A DNA stretch of 64,000 nucleotides from a virus (taxonomy: Duplodnaviria > Caudoviricetes). Each line of letters starts with the position of its first letter. Position 1 is the stretch's first letter. The position numbers and the translations under genes are program-made. Under the pieces are notes generated by a model, which was not told the origin of the DNA, made no database searches, and saw only the letters and a program-made list of their open reading frames with translations. Positions 34,121 through 49,300 of this stretch are shown here, in pieces. The stretch spans positions 32,001-96,000 of the IMG/VR virus record IMGVR_UViG_3300013901_000005; one strand, given 5' to 3'.

Positions 34121-37100
34121 ATGGACGAGAAAAAATATGACTTGTTTACAAATATGGCATATAATTAGAATTTTTCATATGATGATCTTATATCAGCTGG
34201 ATTAAATTCTAATAACACAGAGTTGAAAGATAAAGATACTTATAAGAATAGTGAAAAGGTCTAGGAGATGTTTAAGAATGATAGCGGCTAGTTCGATGAA
34301 TAGAAATTTAACAATTTCTACAATACAGCCTTGTCATTTTATAATCAAATGGCAACTTCTGATTATGAGACCTCCGTTGCAAAATCTGCAATATACCATA
34401 GGGATAATATATTTGCACCGGCAGAATAGCGACAACAAGGGCCGTAGTTTTAGATGTATTAGACAATAAATCCATGGCATACAACAGAAGGTCTTACGGA
34501 GTTAGGAAAAATAAATGAATCACCATTATCTCTTTCTGAATTAGCCCAGAATTATAAAGTTTTATTAAACCCCGTTGAGGCAGAGAATAATCCTTCAAAA
34601 GCAAAATGGGGAGATGCTCCAAATGATAATTTTATGGGTTATTTCTTTGACACACTTGTCCTTGCTACTTATGATAAAGATACTATTGAAACTGATCCAA
34701 TAACAGGTGAATAGAAAAAACATTTTAAAGGAGAGCCAAAGACAAGCCCAGAAGGTGAGTTCTATTACGAAAGATTGGATGGACGGGATCCATATGGGAA
34801 ATAGGTTTTAAATAAAATGAATATTCTCACAAAAGATGGATCAGCTTGGAATAGATTCGATATATTCGATTCTGATGATAAAGACAATGGATGGGTTAAA
34901 ACAATTTTAAAGAATACGGCTCTTGTTGGAGCCATGTTTCTTCCGTATGTTGGTGGATTCTTTAGAGGGGTAAGTGTGCTTACGCAGTCTGTAGGTTTAT
35001 TAGGTACTTTAGGAAAAATCGCTGTTGGTAGTGATAGTGATTTATTTAACAATATGGAAGGATGGTCGATGTCAGTTAATAGACAGACCGCTCGTTCAGA
35101 ATATGCACAGCAGAATGTTTGGTGCGTAGAAAATATGATAAATCTTATAGGTGATGCTGTAGCTTAGCTTGCTGAATAGAGATGGATATTTGAAAAAGGA
35201 TCTTCACTTATCTCTGGAGCAGATATCATAACAGAAGCTGGATAGGCTAAAAAACAAAAACAATTATTAGACTAGATATTAAAAAACAATCAAATAAAAA
35301 TAGATGCTATTCTGAAAGACCCAAAAAATATTGGAAAAGCCATGGAGGCATCTGCAATATTAACAAAACACGCTGAACTAGAGGCTGCCAATCAATTAAA
35401 AAACTTGGTTAAAAGTTCATAGAATATTTCTAGTATTATTAGTAAAGCATACATGACTGGTATTACGGTAAAAGATATGTATGGTGAAGCCAAGGCAGCT
35501 GGAGCATCCGATACTGATGCTGCTCTTTTAACTATAGGGTATGCAGCCGCTGAGTACGCACTTTTAAGTACAGGTCTTGGTGAATTGGTATTGCCAGAAC
35601 TACGAGCTGGCCGATATAGAATTGAAGCAATTAACAAAGCTCTTTTCCAAAAGAAAAACGAAGCTCTTAAATCAATAACAAATTAGTTTGGAAATACAAC
35701 AACAGAATAGGCTAAAAGAGCATATGTATCAAAAATGATACAATTTGGAAAAGACATTGTTTCTGGAGTAAAAGTTACTGGAGCAAAAACTGCAAATGCT
35801 ACTTTTGCTGCTGCTTTAGGAGAGGCTACAGAAGAAACTTCTGAAGAAGTATTAGCTGATTTTATGAGAAGTTGCCACAATATATCATAGTGGCTTTAGG
35901 GTAAAGACGATTATATGAAAGCGTTTGGATATGATACGACCACTGGGAAATTTGATATGGATGATATATCTTCGAGATATGGAATGTCATTTATAGGAGG
36001 TTTTATAGGAGGTGGTGTAGCAAATGCAGGAATGAATTACAAAGCAATACACTAGGCAATCTCGTATACTCCAGAAACCGCAATGAGAGAACTGGTTAAT
36101 ATGACCAGAAATAATGAACTTGATGAATATAAGAAATACACAAATAAATAGATATTAGGAAATCCGAATTTATCAGCAACAAATTATGATGTTATTGATG
36201 GAAAAATAATTTGGCAATAGGGAACGAAATCGGATAATCAAAATATTGCTGCACACAAAGCACTGGATAAACAACTTGAAATTATTTAGAGTATTTTAAC
36301 AGCAAATGGTGCAAAATCAGATAATGAGTTTTTGGATACAAATACTCTTGGTGATTTTCGTTTTATGGCACTGCACGATTCAACAACAGCTGGAGCATAT
36401 CTTGATCATTATAATAAATTAAATGTTGATTTAGTAAAATCAATGTCAGAATTAGAAACCTTAATAAATACAAAGGCTGATATAAATAATGATGGAGTCG
36501 TAGAGGATAAAGAAAAACGAAATGCATAGAAAGACAAATAGGATGATACACCATCAACTGAAAGAATAAATCAACAAATTGAATAGAAGAAAAAGCAAAT
36601 AGAAGACATTAAAAAAGAATTACAGGATTTACAAGAAGGTAAATATGCATATAAATTTATCGCACAGTCATTATTTGAAATGACTACAGCGTTAAGCAGT
36701 AATTTTACCTCACCAATATATGCAATATATGCCGAAAGAAAATATCACAAAAAATATGATGATTTAAGTGATGAAGAAAAGTAGAAAGCTCTTGACGAAT
36801 GGAAGAATTTCTCAAATCTTGATGGATCAATACGTTTTCAGACTCTTACTGATATGTATCTTGATATTGCAAAAAAGGCAAGTGATGTCATAAAACAACA
36901 CAGTGAGAAGTATCTTTCCGAAGATAAAAATTTTGGAAAATTTGATGCATATTTATCTAGGATTTTTAATTTTAACGCAAAATCTGAAGAAGATTGGATA
37001 GAGAATCTTTCAAAAGCACTTGCAGATCCAAATGAAGTCAATCAACTTGGAATGGCATTACATAATGTCTTCCTTAATGATGAATTGTTTAATCTTTTAA

Positions 37101-40100
37101 AAAACGTTAAAAGTAAATATAAACTTGAAGAACCGAAAGTAGCAGATCCTAAAAATCCAACACAAGATGAACAATTAGCCATAGATGCTTATCAAACAGC
37201 ATATGAATCAATGCAAAAAGAAATGTTAAATACTTATAATCAGTATTTAACTAATAATTTATAGCCGATTTTACAAAAATATATTGATAGGGGATATGCT
37301 ACATAGACTACAAAAGACGCTTTATTAAAGATAATATATAGTAGAATTAATTTTTTAGAAGAAAATGAAGAGTTCGATTTACTTGATTAGCTTAATGACT
37401 TACAAGCTAAAATACAGAATTTAAATCGTACCCCATTTGAGGAAAACTTAGATTAGTTCGCAATATCCGTTGGAAAGAAAGCAATTAAATTAACGGATTT
37501 GATAAATAAATTATAGAAATCTCTTAATACAAATAGAAATAGTATTGAGAGTTTTTAGATGTCAAATGAATTATTTAAAGAGTTAAATAATGCGTTAAAG
37601 TTAATATCATTATATAAAGCAGCAATAGAGGGTGCATAGACTGATAATGCAAATCTTGGAAATCTTTTTGGATTTAACGCTACACTTAATGAAGTTGCAA
37701 AGAAGGTAGGTGATACTGAATTTGATGGACTTGCAGAAATAGACGATAATACAGCGTAGATATTATTGCGTGATTTGGAAGTAAATTATCAAAGACTTCT
37801 TACTATTAAATAGTTATATTTATATAATAGAGGATAGAAATTACAATTATAGGATAGGGTAGCACTTAATTTTAATAGTATTTTATATAAGAAATTTAGA
37901 TATATAATTTCAATTCTTGATAAAGAAAAATTTAAGGATTGGGATAAAATTGATCTTCTTAAAAATGCAATTACAAATAGCGCAATTCATCAAAAAACAA
38001 TTGATGATAATTTAAAAACACTTACATAGGAATAGGAAAAACAATACATAAGAGAATAGATTGATATTGAAAATGCAGTATTTGATGTATTTAATTCAAA
38101 TATTGATAAAATATAGGATTTTATTGAAGAATTAGATATTTTTAATTCTGACGAAAAATTGCTTACTGAAGAATTAGATTCGATTACCGACAAAGAGTTT
38201 ATATGGTATTTGGCGAGTAGGACTGCTGTTAAATCAGAATAGTTTTATACTTTATATAAAGACGTAATTGATCCAGAATCAAAAAAACCAATAGCGCCAT
38301 TGATTACATAGGAACTTGGTATTTACAATCAGTTTGCTAGTATTGTTAATGGAAATATTTTTTCTCAGTTTAGAAAAGCAACAAATAATGCAATATTAAA
38401 TAAATTCCATAAATTATCAGAAGATGATAAGAAAAAAGTCCTTGGAAATACATATGATATTTATTCAAAATCAAAAAATTATGGTGGAGATAAAATAATA
38501 GGAACTTTATTGAATCTTACAAAATTTGATGGATTTGCATTAGTTGAGGGAGCCGCTGGTACTGGCAAAACAAAGGCAATTGATTTTGTTACTGTTTAGA
38601 TGCTAAAAAACTATGCCTCTGATAAAAATAATCCGTTAAGTCATGTTGCAATAGTTCATGGAGGATCGAAAGCCTCTGCAATTGATATTTAGTCTTCAAT
38701 AAATATTGAAAAAAGTGAATCTTTTGGGAAATAGGATTTCATGAAAATAATGAACCCAAATTGGAAAGAATTAGAATGGGATGATAAATCTCAATCATTT
38801 AAAATAGATCCTTCAAAATATTAGATAAATAGCCAAGGATTATTCGTATCAACAGACTAGGCAGCTGCTAGCTCGAATCCGTTTAGTCTTATTATTATTG
38901 ATGAGATTCAATAGTTTAGTACTTTTGATATGGATATTATTATGGATTATGCAAATAAGCATAATATATCCGTAGTAGTATCTGGTGATTTTGACTAGTA
39001 GGGAGTAGAATCTTCAATATAGTTAGATAATTCTAACATATATAATGCTGGATTAACAGAACAGGAATTTATCCATTCTCCAAAATTGGGTGTGATAATG
39101 AGAACCGATAATGAACTAAAATCATAGAATACTATTGGTTTCTAGGCTTTCATGAATGACGAAACACTTCAGCACAATCCTTTTGAATTTAATTATTATG
39201 AAGATGAGAATGGTCTTTGGGGAGATAAAGTGATATATCATGAACATAATAAGATCGAAGAAGAAGATATAAAAGAATTGGATAAATTGTTTAATTATTT
39301 AAATGAAAGTGAGAAAATCGGATTTATATATGACGACGAAACTTCTAAGTTATACTAGCTTTTACAAACTGAAAAATATAAGAATAAAGTTGATTTTAAA
39401 AAAGGTAGTTCTGCTCTTGGTTTAGAAGCTAGATATTATATAATTGAGACAAATCCTAATTCATTAAATAGATATTTAAAAAACATATATACTGGTATTA
39501 CGAGATCTACATAGGGAAGCCTTTTATTTGCTCCATCATCAACTACTAAATAGGGCAAGTAGATCTAGTTGATGAACAAAAAATCTAATGAACTTATTTA
39601 GGAACCTTTGCCTATATCATAGGTTAGGAAGTATGCAAATAAACGAAAAACAATATTAACAGAAGTATTAAATGCTACTGAGAAACCGTAGCTCATACCG
39701 AGAACTGCCGAATAGAAAAAATCACCAGTAAATAATCAATAGACAACACAATAGAAAAAAACATATAATTTTGCAACTGGCTCTGTTTTAGGGAAAAATT
39801 CTAATTATACTAATATTGACGCTTCTAGTTTTACAGAATTTTCAACCGATGAATAGGAATCTCTTTTTGGTGAATTATGGAAATAGAATAAAATCAACGA
39901 TGCAGATATAAAATCATTTACTTTTGTTGGAGATATTGGTAATGGACAATAGAGAGGATAGACAAAAGTAATATATTATAATAATGAATATTATCTAGTA
40001 ACTTCAAAAGGAACTGCAAGATGGGATAAGTCAACAAATTTCTGGAGTTTTGCCAAAAATAATTCTACATCTAATGAAGAGGCAATAAAAATTTTACAAA

Positions 40101-43100
40101 CATTAAACAGTTCTGATAGCGTATTTAGAAAAGGGGTTATCGCAGTTGATTTTGGTGCTTTAGACAAAAGTAATTCTTTTAATTTTTTGAATTACACAAA
40201 TACTTTTACTAATAATGATTATTTAGATGAATCTAAATATCAAAGTAAACAAAACGTTACCCATGGAAATCAAGCTGACCCAAATTATTCACAAAAAGAA
40301 TTAATCGATAGGTTTGGAGATTTATATTCATCTAATCAATTATCATTATTCGGATTTGAAGAGATTGGAAAAACCGGACAAACACCAATTATAAAATCCG
40401 ATGGTGATTATTATGCTATTGATGCATATGAACCAATAGTATATAAATGGAATAATGGAAAATGGGATGTTCTTGATGGCTTTTCCGTATAGCCAGAAAG
40501 AGCATTAGAACGATTGTAGGAAATAAATAGTTTAGATTCTAGTAATGCTATTGATAATGCTGTTGATTATAATCTATTAGTAGATAAGGATAGAATTGCA
40601 TTTTATTCATTTATAAAGAATTTTAATATTAATAAAACACTTTCTGAATAGGATATTATATAGATTACAAATAATTCCAAACCAAGTGATTTAGAAGTTT
40701 TACAAGATATTGCAACAGGAGTTTCTGTATAGGAAAATCAGCAATAGGTTGATACTGATAATGATGATAGGGTATTACCAACAGTAAATATTGATAATAG
40801 TAGTTAGGCTATAAATATAAATTCTATTTTATTTTCTTTTAACACTTTTGAATTAGGAGTAAGATTGGATTAGAATGGAAATCCAATCACCGATGAAAGT
40901 ACACCATATCGTATAGATGGATATAATGGATTAAGTAAAATAAATCCAAATATTTCTGTTTAGGATATAATTAATACACTGAAATTGTTAAGAGAAATTT
41001 TACTTTCTGGTAATGACTAGAAAACTATGGAAAATCTTATTAAAAGTGTATTAATAGCAAATGGTTATTTCGATAATAATTCTGATCCATATATACGTTT
41101 CGCATTTAAGTTCTCTGCAATACTTTCTAAAGGAAAAGAATTTGCAAGTAAAGGAGACAATTTAATATATGAAAAAGGTGCTGATGAGCGTTCTATTTAT
41201 AATGGTAATAATCAAGGTGATAGATCTGGGGAAGTAAATAGACATACAATAGTGGCTATAATAGGAGATAAAAAATCAAGTAAAATAGTTGAAATACCAC
41301 TTTTATCATTAACTTCTCCATTTACTTTAGCATATCAGACTGACTAGAATGGATCTTATATATTCCCAGAAATTGTAGATTATATTGAAACATATCGTCA
41401 AAATAATGCTAATGATATATCACTTCATGAATTATCTAGTAAGATAGTGGAAACATTTGACAATAATCAATATGCAAAATACAAGAGTTTAATTAATTTA
41501 TTTAAATTATTCAATGTTGGTAGCAATACAATAGTTTATCTAAATTATGATAAAAATTCTTTTATGCCTAATATGACAAGACTTGGCCCATAGGTTTCTG
41601 TAAAAAGAGGAGATTATAGTATTGCTGAAGGATTTGAGTATGATTCAAATGACGACGCAAATGAAAAACCAATTTCTGAAATTATAGCAGAATCACCATT
41701 TAACTTTTTATCTGCGCCAATAACACTAATATAGGATAACCCAAATCTACCAGTAAAAAAAGGTTCTCCAATTATGTTGTTTTCGGATTCTTCATTTTAT
41801 ACTTCTGATGAATAGATAATTCAGAGATTTATAGAAGAACAGAGTAATCCATCTCTTCCAAAACATATTAATTATTTTTATGTAAATCCACCTAAATATA
41901 ATATTAGAGATTATTTTATAAACAAATTTAATATTATTAGTAATAATGCATATGTTCCATCTCTTGGAAATCCATTAACTACTTTTAATATATTAGATAA
42001 AATATTTTCAAGTCAAGCGTGTCTTGCTAGATTTAAACAATATTTTAACAATGATGAATATTTTTAGAAAATTAAAAATATATATGATTAGGCGAAGCAA
42101 TTAGACAATATTAAAGACAGAGTTGGATTTTTAATGGGAGTAGATCCTGATGAAAAGTATTCCAGAACTGGATTAATTGATAGGTATATAGTTAATTCAT
42201 TTAGATCTTATCTTTCTGCAACAGATGAAATTTCGGCCAATCTAAATGATCTAGTCTCAATTTGTTAGGATGCTGGAATTTCAGAAGTGTATGTGCATAC
42301 TACTCTTATGAAGGGTTCTGAATATAATGGATTTGTAAAAGTAAATTCATCGAATTACCAATATAATCAAATACCTTTTACTGCAAGGATTAAATTAGAT
42401 TAGACTACTTTCTAGGGAGATGTAAATGGTATGGTTGAGCATGTACTAAAAAATCTCCATTATGACAAATCAACTAAACAATATTGGTCTAATTACGATA
42501 AATCATACAAACAACATGATTGTTCAATTCGGTCTACACCTAATAATAATATTACAATTGATTTAGGCTACATATATCAAAATGCAAATACAATTGCAAA
42601 TAATCATACTTTGTTATAGTAGACAATACAATATTTAGATAATATATATAAAACTACTGGTGAATATATTTTCTTATTTAAAGATATTTCTGGAAAATAC
42701 TGTGCAAAATCGTTAGGCAAAATAACGAATCCGGAAAAAATTCCTGTTGCTTCTGAATATTATAATAAAGAGGAAATAAAAAATCATAAATTTGATCATA
42801 CAGTTTTATTTAAAACTACAGATGAAAGAGGAAGGACGGTATATGTTGAGATAAATAGTATTTCAGCAAAATCATATACAATTGCGAATAATCCAAATAT
42901 AGAAAATTAGGAAAATTAGGAAATATTCGATATTATTAATATAAGTTCATTAGATTCAATAATTGGAAATAAACTTATTAATAATTCACAATATAAAAAT
43001 GAAATAGAATATTTTATGATGGATGATGCGCAATATAATAATATGCTAGCTACACGCTTACAATACGAAGAAGATCCTACAGATAATCAAAATGATCAAT

Positions 43101-43384
43101 AGTAGGTAATTGATCAAGAACAACAACAAAAATAGTTTAAAGAAGACATTAATGCTTTGCTTAGCTTGTTTAATGATGATGTAATAAAGCACGAAATTGA
43201 AGCAAACCGTTTTTATCAAGAAGACATTGAGGCTTGTAGCAATTCAATAGATGATTTTAAATCATTTTTGTCAGCAGCTGGAGTAGATGAATTCAGAAGA
43301 ATATTACAAAAATATATAGGAAAACACAATATAACCAAAGAACTTATAGATAGATTAACAAGAATAGATGGAACTTGTTCATAA
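34121..43384 (+). CDS. giant virion protein (~3087 aa) with SF1 helicase-like P-loop domain (TAG=Gln)
   Basis: Nine track fragments share a frame; GAAGTGKT 38549-38572, IIIDE about 38891, SGDFDQ, YTGITRS about 39488; N-terminal hydrophobic Gly/Ala segments. Confidence 0.8.
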
Positions 43385-43399
43385 TAAAATAAATATAAT

Positions 43400-46300
43400 A
43401 TGATAACTTGTGCAATAACAATTCCGGCGATAATCGGAAAAGCAAGAATAATTTGTAAGTTATATGAATAGAATAACAGATCTGATGCTCGAAAATTAAT
43501 ATTTGAATTATGCCAATAGATAAAAAACAGTTCAAATAATGACGAATAGAGAAATCAATTTGTTAATAGTTTGATAACTTCTTTAAAAAGAAATGGTTCT
43601 ACAGTAATTGATCCAAATATCACATTTTAGTATTTAACTAATGTGATAATGTCTGATAACAGTTCAATGGAACATTTTGTAAGACAAAGCCGTACTAGCC
43701 AAATTTTTGATGATCCTGAAGAATTTTCAAATATTCAATAGGCTCCATTTAAATTTTTGGAAGATGCTTATGGAGGATCAAGTGCGAAAAAACCAGCTCT
43801 TAGTGAATAGGAGAATAATTTAATAGATGTGATTTTATTTGGGAGGCAAGGATTAAACTTGCCTCACCAAAGAGTTTTGAATATGACTCAATTAAATGAG
43901 AATATAAGAGCTTATCAAGAATATCTTTTTTAGAATATTGTAAAATATTTTGAATATTTGAAAGATAATATATTATAGAATAAGGCAAAAGCAAATATTG
44001 AAACTGATTTAAAAGAAATATTTGATTTTCCGCGTTTGTATATATCAAATGGCGGTTCTTTTGTAAATTCTGGACAATTAGATGTGTTACAGAAATATAT
44101 ATAGACTTATCTTAATTTATCACCAGACGCTCTTACGGATTTATACAATAATACTGCATATAAGAATGATGGTAGTTTTGATAAATTGAAATTAGATGCA
44201 TATAATTCATATGTCTTTTTATAGAATTACGATCATTTCCTTTTAAGTATTTTTGGAAAAAGTATTTAGATAAATGATTTTGGAAAATTAACTGGAAAGG
44301 ATAAATATACTTTAAATAAAGGAACTGGTAGGAATACTTCAAATTGGAATACTGATAATATGGATGTCTCTGAGTAGGCTGATGTACTCACCAAGTTAGT
44401 ATTGAACCATACACCATATTATAAAAACGGCTCAAATTCTCCAGTTATTGGAAAATTTATTTCATTTTAGAATTTTTAGCATATAACTGGAAAAATAAAG
44501 TCATTATATTTCAATCCTATATTTGCAACATTAGATTTTAAAAATCCTATTATACTTGCATAGTTTGGTTTATCAGAGGATGCATGGAAATATTTTGCTG
44601 GGAAAACTTTTAGATAGGCTCTCGCTGAAGTTAAATATAATTATAGGGACAGAATAGGATATATATATGAATTATTATTAAATAATCAATTTTATAATTA
44701 GTATAATAAAGTATTGAATAATCTTTTTACGGAAGATGAATTTAATATATTATATTCTACTTATAAAGAGATTTATCAGAAGGGTGCGAATAGTATTTTT
44801 GAATTATCCAAAATGCAAGGGTTATTTGATATGGCATCATATATATCGTCAACGGCAGTTGATATATATAATAACGAATTAGTATAGTTTTATCGTTCTT
44901 CAGATAATGATATTGTTGCTAGAACGCTTTCGGATTAGTCTGTTTCAAATATAAAAAGGCAATTCGAGGTTTCCCTACAATTATGGAATATGAAAGATCG
45001 TTTTTTAGATTATGATTTGTATTTAGGAAAACATTTTAGACAAATAACGGAAGAAATGACAAAGTCTGGAGTAAAGACAATAAAATTTGTTACAACTGAT
45101 GGATACACAATTAGTTATACGCCTTCTACTTTAAATGTCAATACAATGATTGATGATAAGAGGAAGTGGGATTTAATTAATCTTATTTTAAACCCATTAA
45201 ATTTAAATAACAATATTGATTTTTATAATTCATTTATATAGAAATATGATTCAAGAGAATAGGCCAATAGAGTTCTTTTTGGTCTTGCTATAAATGTTCT
45301 TGGAAATTCATATATATCAGCAAAATATATAGAGCCACTTAATAACAAAACAGATATAAATAATAAAATAACTGAATATTTTGGTACAAAAAGTGCCCCA
45401 AAATTTAACAATAAAACTCTTGATTTTATACATGGATATAATACAAAAGCACTTTAGAATCTAGCCAATACATAGGCTGATTTATCTGGTTTGACAACTG
45501 CTACTTTAGTTAAAAGTGGTGATAAGAAAAACCAAAATAAACAAACGCTTAGCCGATTATTTGGTTCATTTTTTGAGCAATTTGAATTATAGGATAAACA
45601 AGAGACATCAGCAGTACGCACACTTACTTTGTTGTCAAGCCCAAATTATTTTAAAGGAATTTTCTAGGCAAAAGAATATTTTGATTTCTTTGGAAATACA
45701 AAAGAAATTACAGATATGAACGCAGCAGAAATGTTTTTTCCAATGTTTATTACAAATTATATGACTTAGTATTCGCCGAATGGGAATTTCTTAGGTAATG
45801 GATTGGGCGCATTTCTTATTTCTGTAAATTCCGATAAACCTAATATAAGTTGTATGACAACTGATTTAAATGCAATAATATATAATGGGAAATCAATAAA
45901 CTAGATGTCTTCAGAAGAGCTAGATTAGCTTATTTCAAATGATTTTGGAAATGTATATTAGAATATTATAGAAAATGTATTATAGGATTTCGATACTTTT
46001 TATAATGCATTAAAAGTACAGGGAAATTAGGAAATTAGATTAATTTGGAAAAATAAAGCTGAATTGAGAAAAGACTTTTTTGATAATTTTTAGAAATTTA
46101 ATGCATATTGCAATGATAATAATATTTCTCCTAGTAACAAAATGTATGAATTACGAAGAGAATATGAAGATATTGATTAGCATGAGCCAATCAATTTCAT
46201 AGACCAAATTCATTACTATTCTGATAAATCTGGAAATATATGTTCAAATAAAACTTTAATAAGTCAATTATATAGATTTAAACCAGAGTATTTTAACAAA

Positions 46301-49300
46301 ATGAAAAAATCAGTTACAGAAGGAATGGCTGATTATAAATCTTTTTGGAAATACAAAGAATCTGAATTGCTATAGGGAATATTACGATATAATATAGATA
46401 TTAATACAATAGATTCTTTATAGGAAGGAATAAAGCAATTAAAAAATAGGTCTCATCCAACTGACCAAAACTTAGAAAATAGATGGATTGATAAAGCTGG
46501 TGATATTATATGGGCAAAATATCGCGAAAATGATGGAACTGTATATAATTTAACAAATTAGGATGACCTTAATAATTTAATTAATAGTTTAAGAGCAAAA
46601 TTTAAAACAAATTACGATGTTTCTACAATATTAACATATGATGGTTTTGGATCTTTAGATCTTCATCCTGAATTAAGGAAATACAATAAAATAGCGTATT
46701 TTAATTCGTAGTCATTTATGCTTTCAACAGTAGGTACCTTTGCTGCTCATCCTGGAAAAGGAAAATTTGCAAATGTGCTAGAAGAGGAAGCAGCTAGATT
46801 TAATGCTTAGCACAAAAGGAATGTGTCAATGACAGCAGCAATGCACTCATTCCTTTTAAATACAATAAATGGTGTACCTACAAAATATAATATAGCAATT
46901 ATAGAGGATGTAAATGATTATGCTTCTACAGTACATGGAGAAACATCAAAAATAACTGCATTTGATGGTGCTACATTTGTAAATCCTTTTATGGTAATTT
47001 TGGAAAATAATTCACTAGAAGGAAGTGCAGCTGGTGTTACGAAAAAATAGTTTGTACATTATTATAATAAAGAATATGGTACTGGTGGTATTATAAAAAC
47101 TGCTGGATTTGGTCTTACAAATGACTGGATAAGAAATTCTCCATATCTTTAGAGAATGATGGAAAAAATGACTGATAGGACCTGGCCTAGCATGATTGAT
47201 ATTATGGATAGTCGTTCGTATTATAGGGGTTTGGATCCAAAATCATTGTATAAACCAATATTCTTCAAAAGAGACGGAAAGTATTATACGATTGATTTAA
47301 ATTCTGTTCAAATGGATTCTCCATATCATTATAAATATACTATATGGTAGGTAGCTGAAAATGGAGAACCAATAAATGGAACTGATACAGATGGTGAAAC
47401 AAATATAACGTCAAATTATGATCTATGGAAATTCTTTGGTGGAGAATATTCAATGGAATTAAAAAATGGAATATTAAAATATTCTAATATTTCTGTTGAA
47501 TAGGTTGTTACCGCAATGAATGAAATTGGAACTGTATTAAATCCAAATACAAATACAAATACTGTTCTTACATAGGATGAAGTTTATCAACCATTAAAAC
47601 ATACTGATATTCATTATATTCCAACAAAAGGAGCTGTTAAATTTGGTGGCGCAAATATAAATACTGTTGAAACTTTCGAATCTGATGATTAGCCGTTGTC
47701 AACAACTAAAATAGAAATATTATAGGCTGGTATCTAGCTAGACAAAGAGCATCATGCCGATGATGCAGAAATATCACTTATGACGTAGGTTATTAGTGCT
47801 TGTGCTTCTTTGGGTTATACATATGATGCCGCGTCAAAAGTCTATTAGGCTTTAGCTGCTGCAAATATTAATAATACAAAAGAATATTACCAAGGACTTG
47901 TTTCACTATTTAATGGTGATAATTCACAAATAAAAGAGCTGATTAATAAAACCTTAATTGAAGAACTTGCAAATAGTAAAAGTGATAGTATTGCAAAAAG
48001 TATGGCATTATCATTATAGGAAAAGTTACGGAATGGAGAAGTAAAGATTTCTGATAATTTATTACCTTTAAGTGATAACACAATATATGCAAAACTTTTA
48101 TCTACAATTAATTCTTTCCTTACAAATTCTGGTATAAAATCAAAGATTCCAGGTATCCTTTCCGTTTTAACAACTAGTTTTAAAATAAACAAATTATATG
48201 CTGGAAAGAAATACGAACAATTTGATAATCCAGAACAGGAGTTAGAAATATTACAATAGCAAAAAATAAATAATCCAGAATTTGAAGACAATCTTCGATT
48301 AAAATCAGAAAACGAGACAGACGAAGAATATTATAATTATAGAAAATAGGAAATATTAAAAAACAATCCATTTGCAGGTCTTCGTTTTGGAACCACATAT
48401 ACAGTTAATTTCAAAGATGGTCAAACTATCCAATTAGAATTGGATACAATAGAAAAATATTAGAAATTAAAAAAAGATGTATTTTCTGGAAATGTTAGTA
48501 GCTTTTATGAAAATGTAAAAGTAGGAAGAAATCTAGCACCATATAATTCAAGGTTTGAAATATATGGTGATGGAGAAGAATCAATAAAAGCACAATTATG
48601 GGATATTGATTCAATTAATGATCTAAATAGGATTAACCATGCAATTAAGAAAAATGATATTGAAACAATAAATCAAATAGCACAATATTATTTAAGTGAA
48701 AATACAATTAAAATATTAAATGATGACTAGAAGATTAGATTACTTGTTAAGCGTGTAAATGCAAGACTTTAGCAGGATTTGTTAAATCTTTCTACTAATG
48801 TAAATTAGATTTATGATTAGTTTAAAGAAGCAGTTTAGATATTCCAAAATAAAGAAAATCCAGATATTAAAGATCTCTAGATGCTTTAGGATAAAATATG
48901 TATTTTATTCCGGTTAAACCCAAAAAGCAATCCAATAATTAAAAATGGAGAATTAGATAGAGCGGAATTTAATCGGATAGCACAATAGGCATTAAATACA
49001 CAAAAAGTTTCGATAGGCAGAAAATATTATAATATTAATAAAGATTCTATACAAATAGAACCATATGAAGTTATAATGTCTAAAACGTTCTAGTCTGCTT
49101 TTGGATTAGAAGATGATGTGTAGTTAAGTGATATAGTAAATGATCCATTATTCTTTTTAAAACAATATCAAAAAAATATTTAGGCAAAAGTAGATGATGC
49201 AAATTATGATATTGCATTTAAAATGTTTAATGGTAAGCATGTTTATATTATAAATCGAAATAGAGCAAATTTCCAAGATGCTACACAAATCATTCCAATG

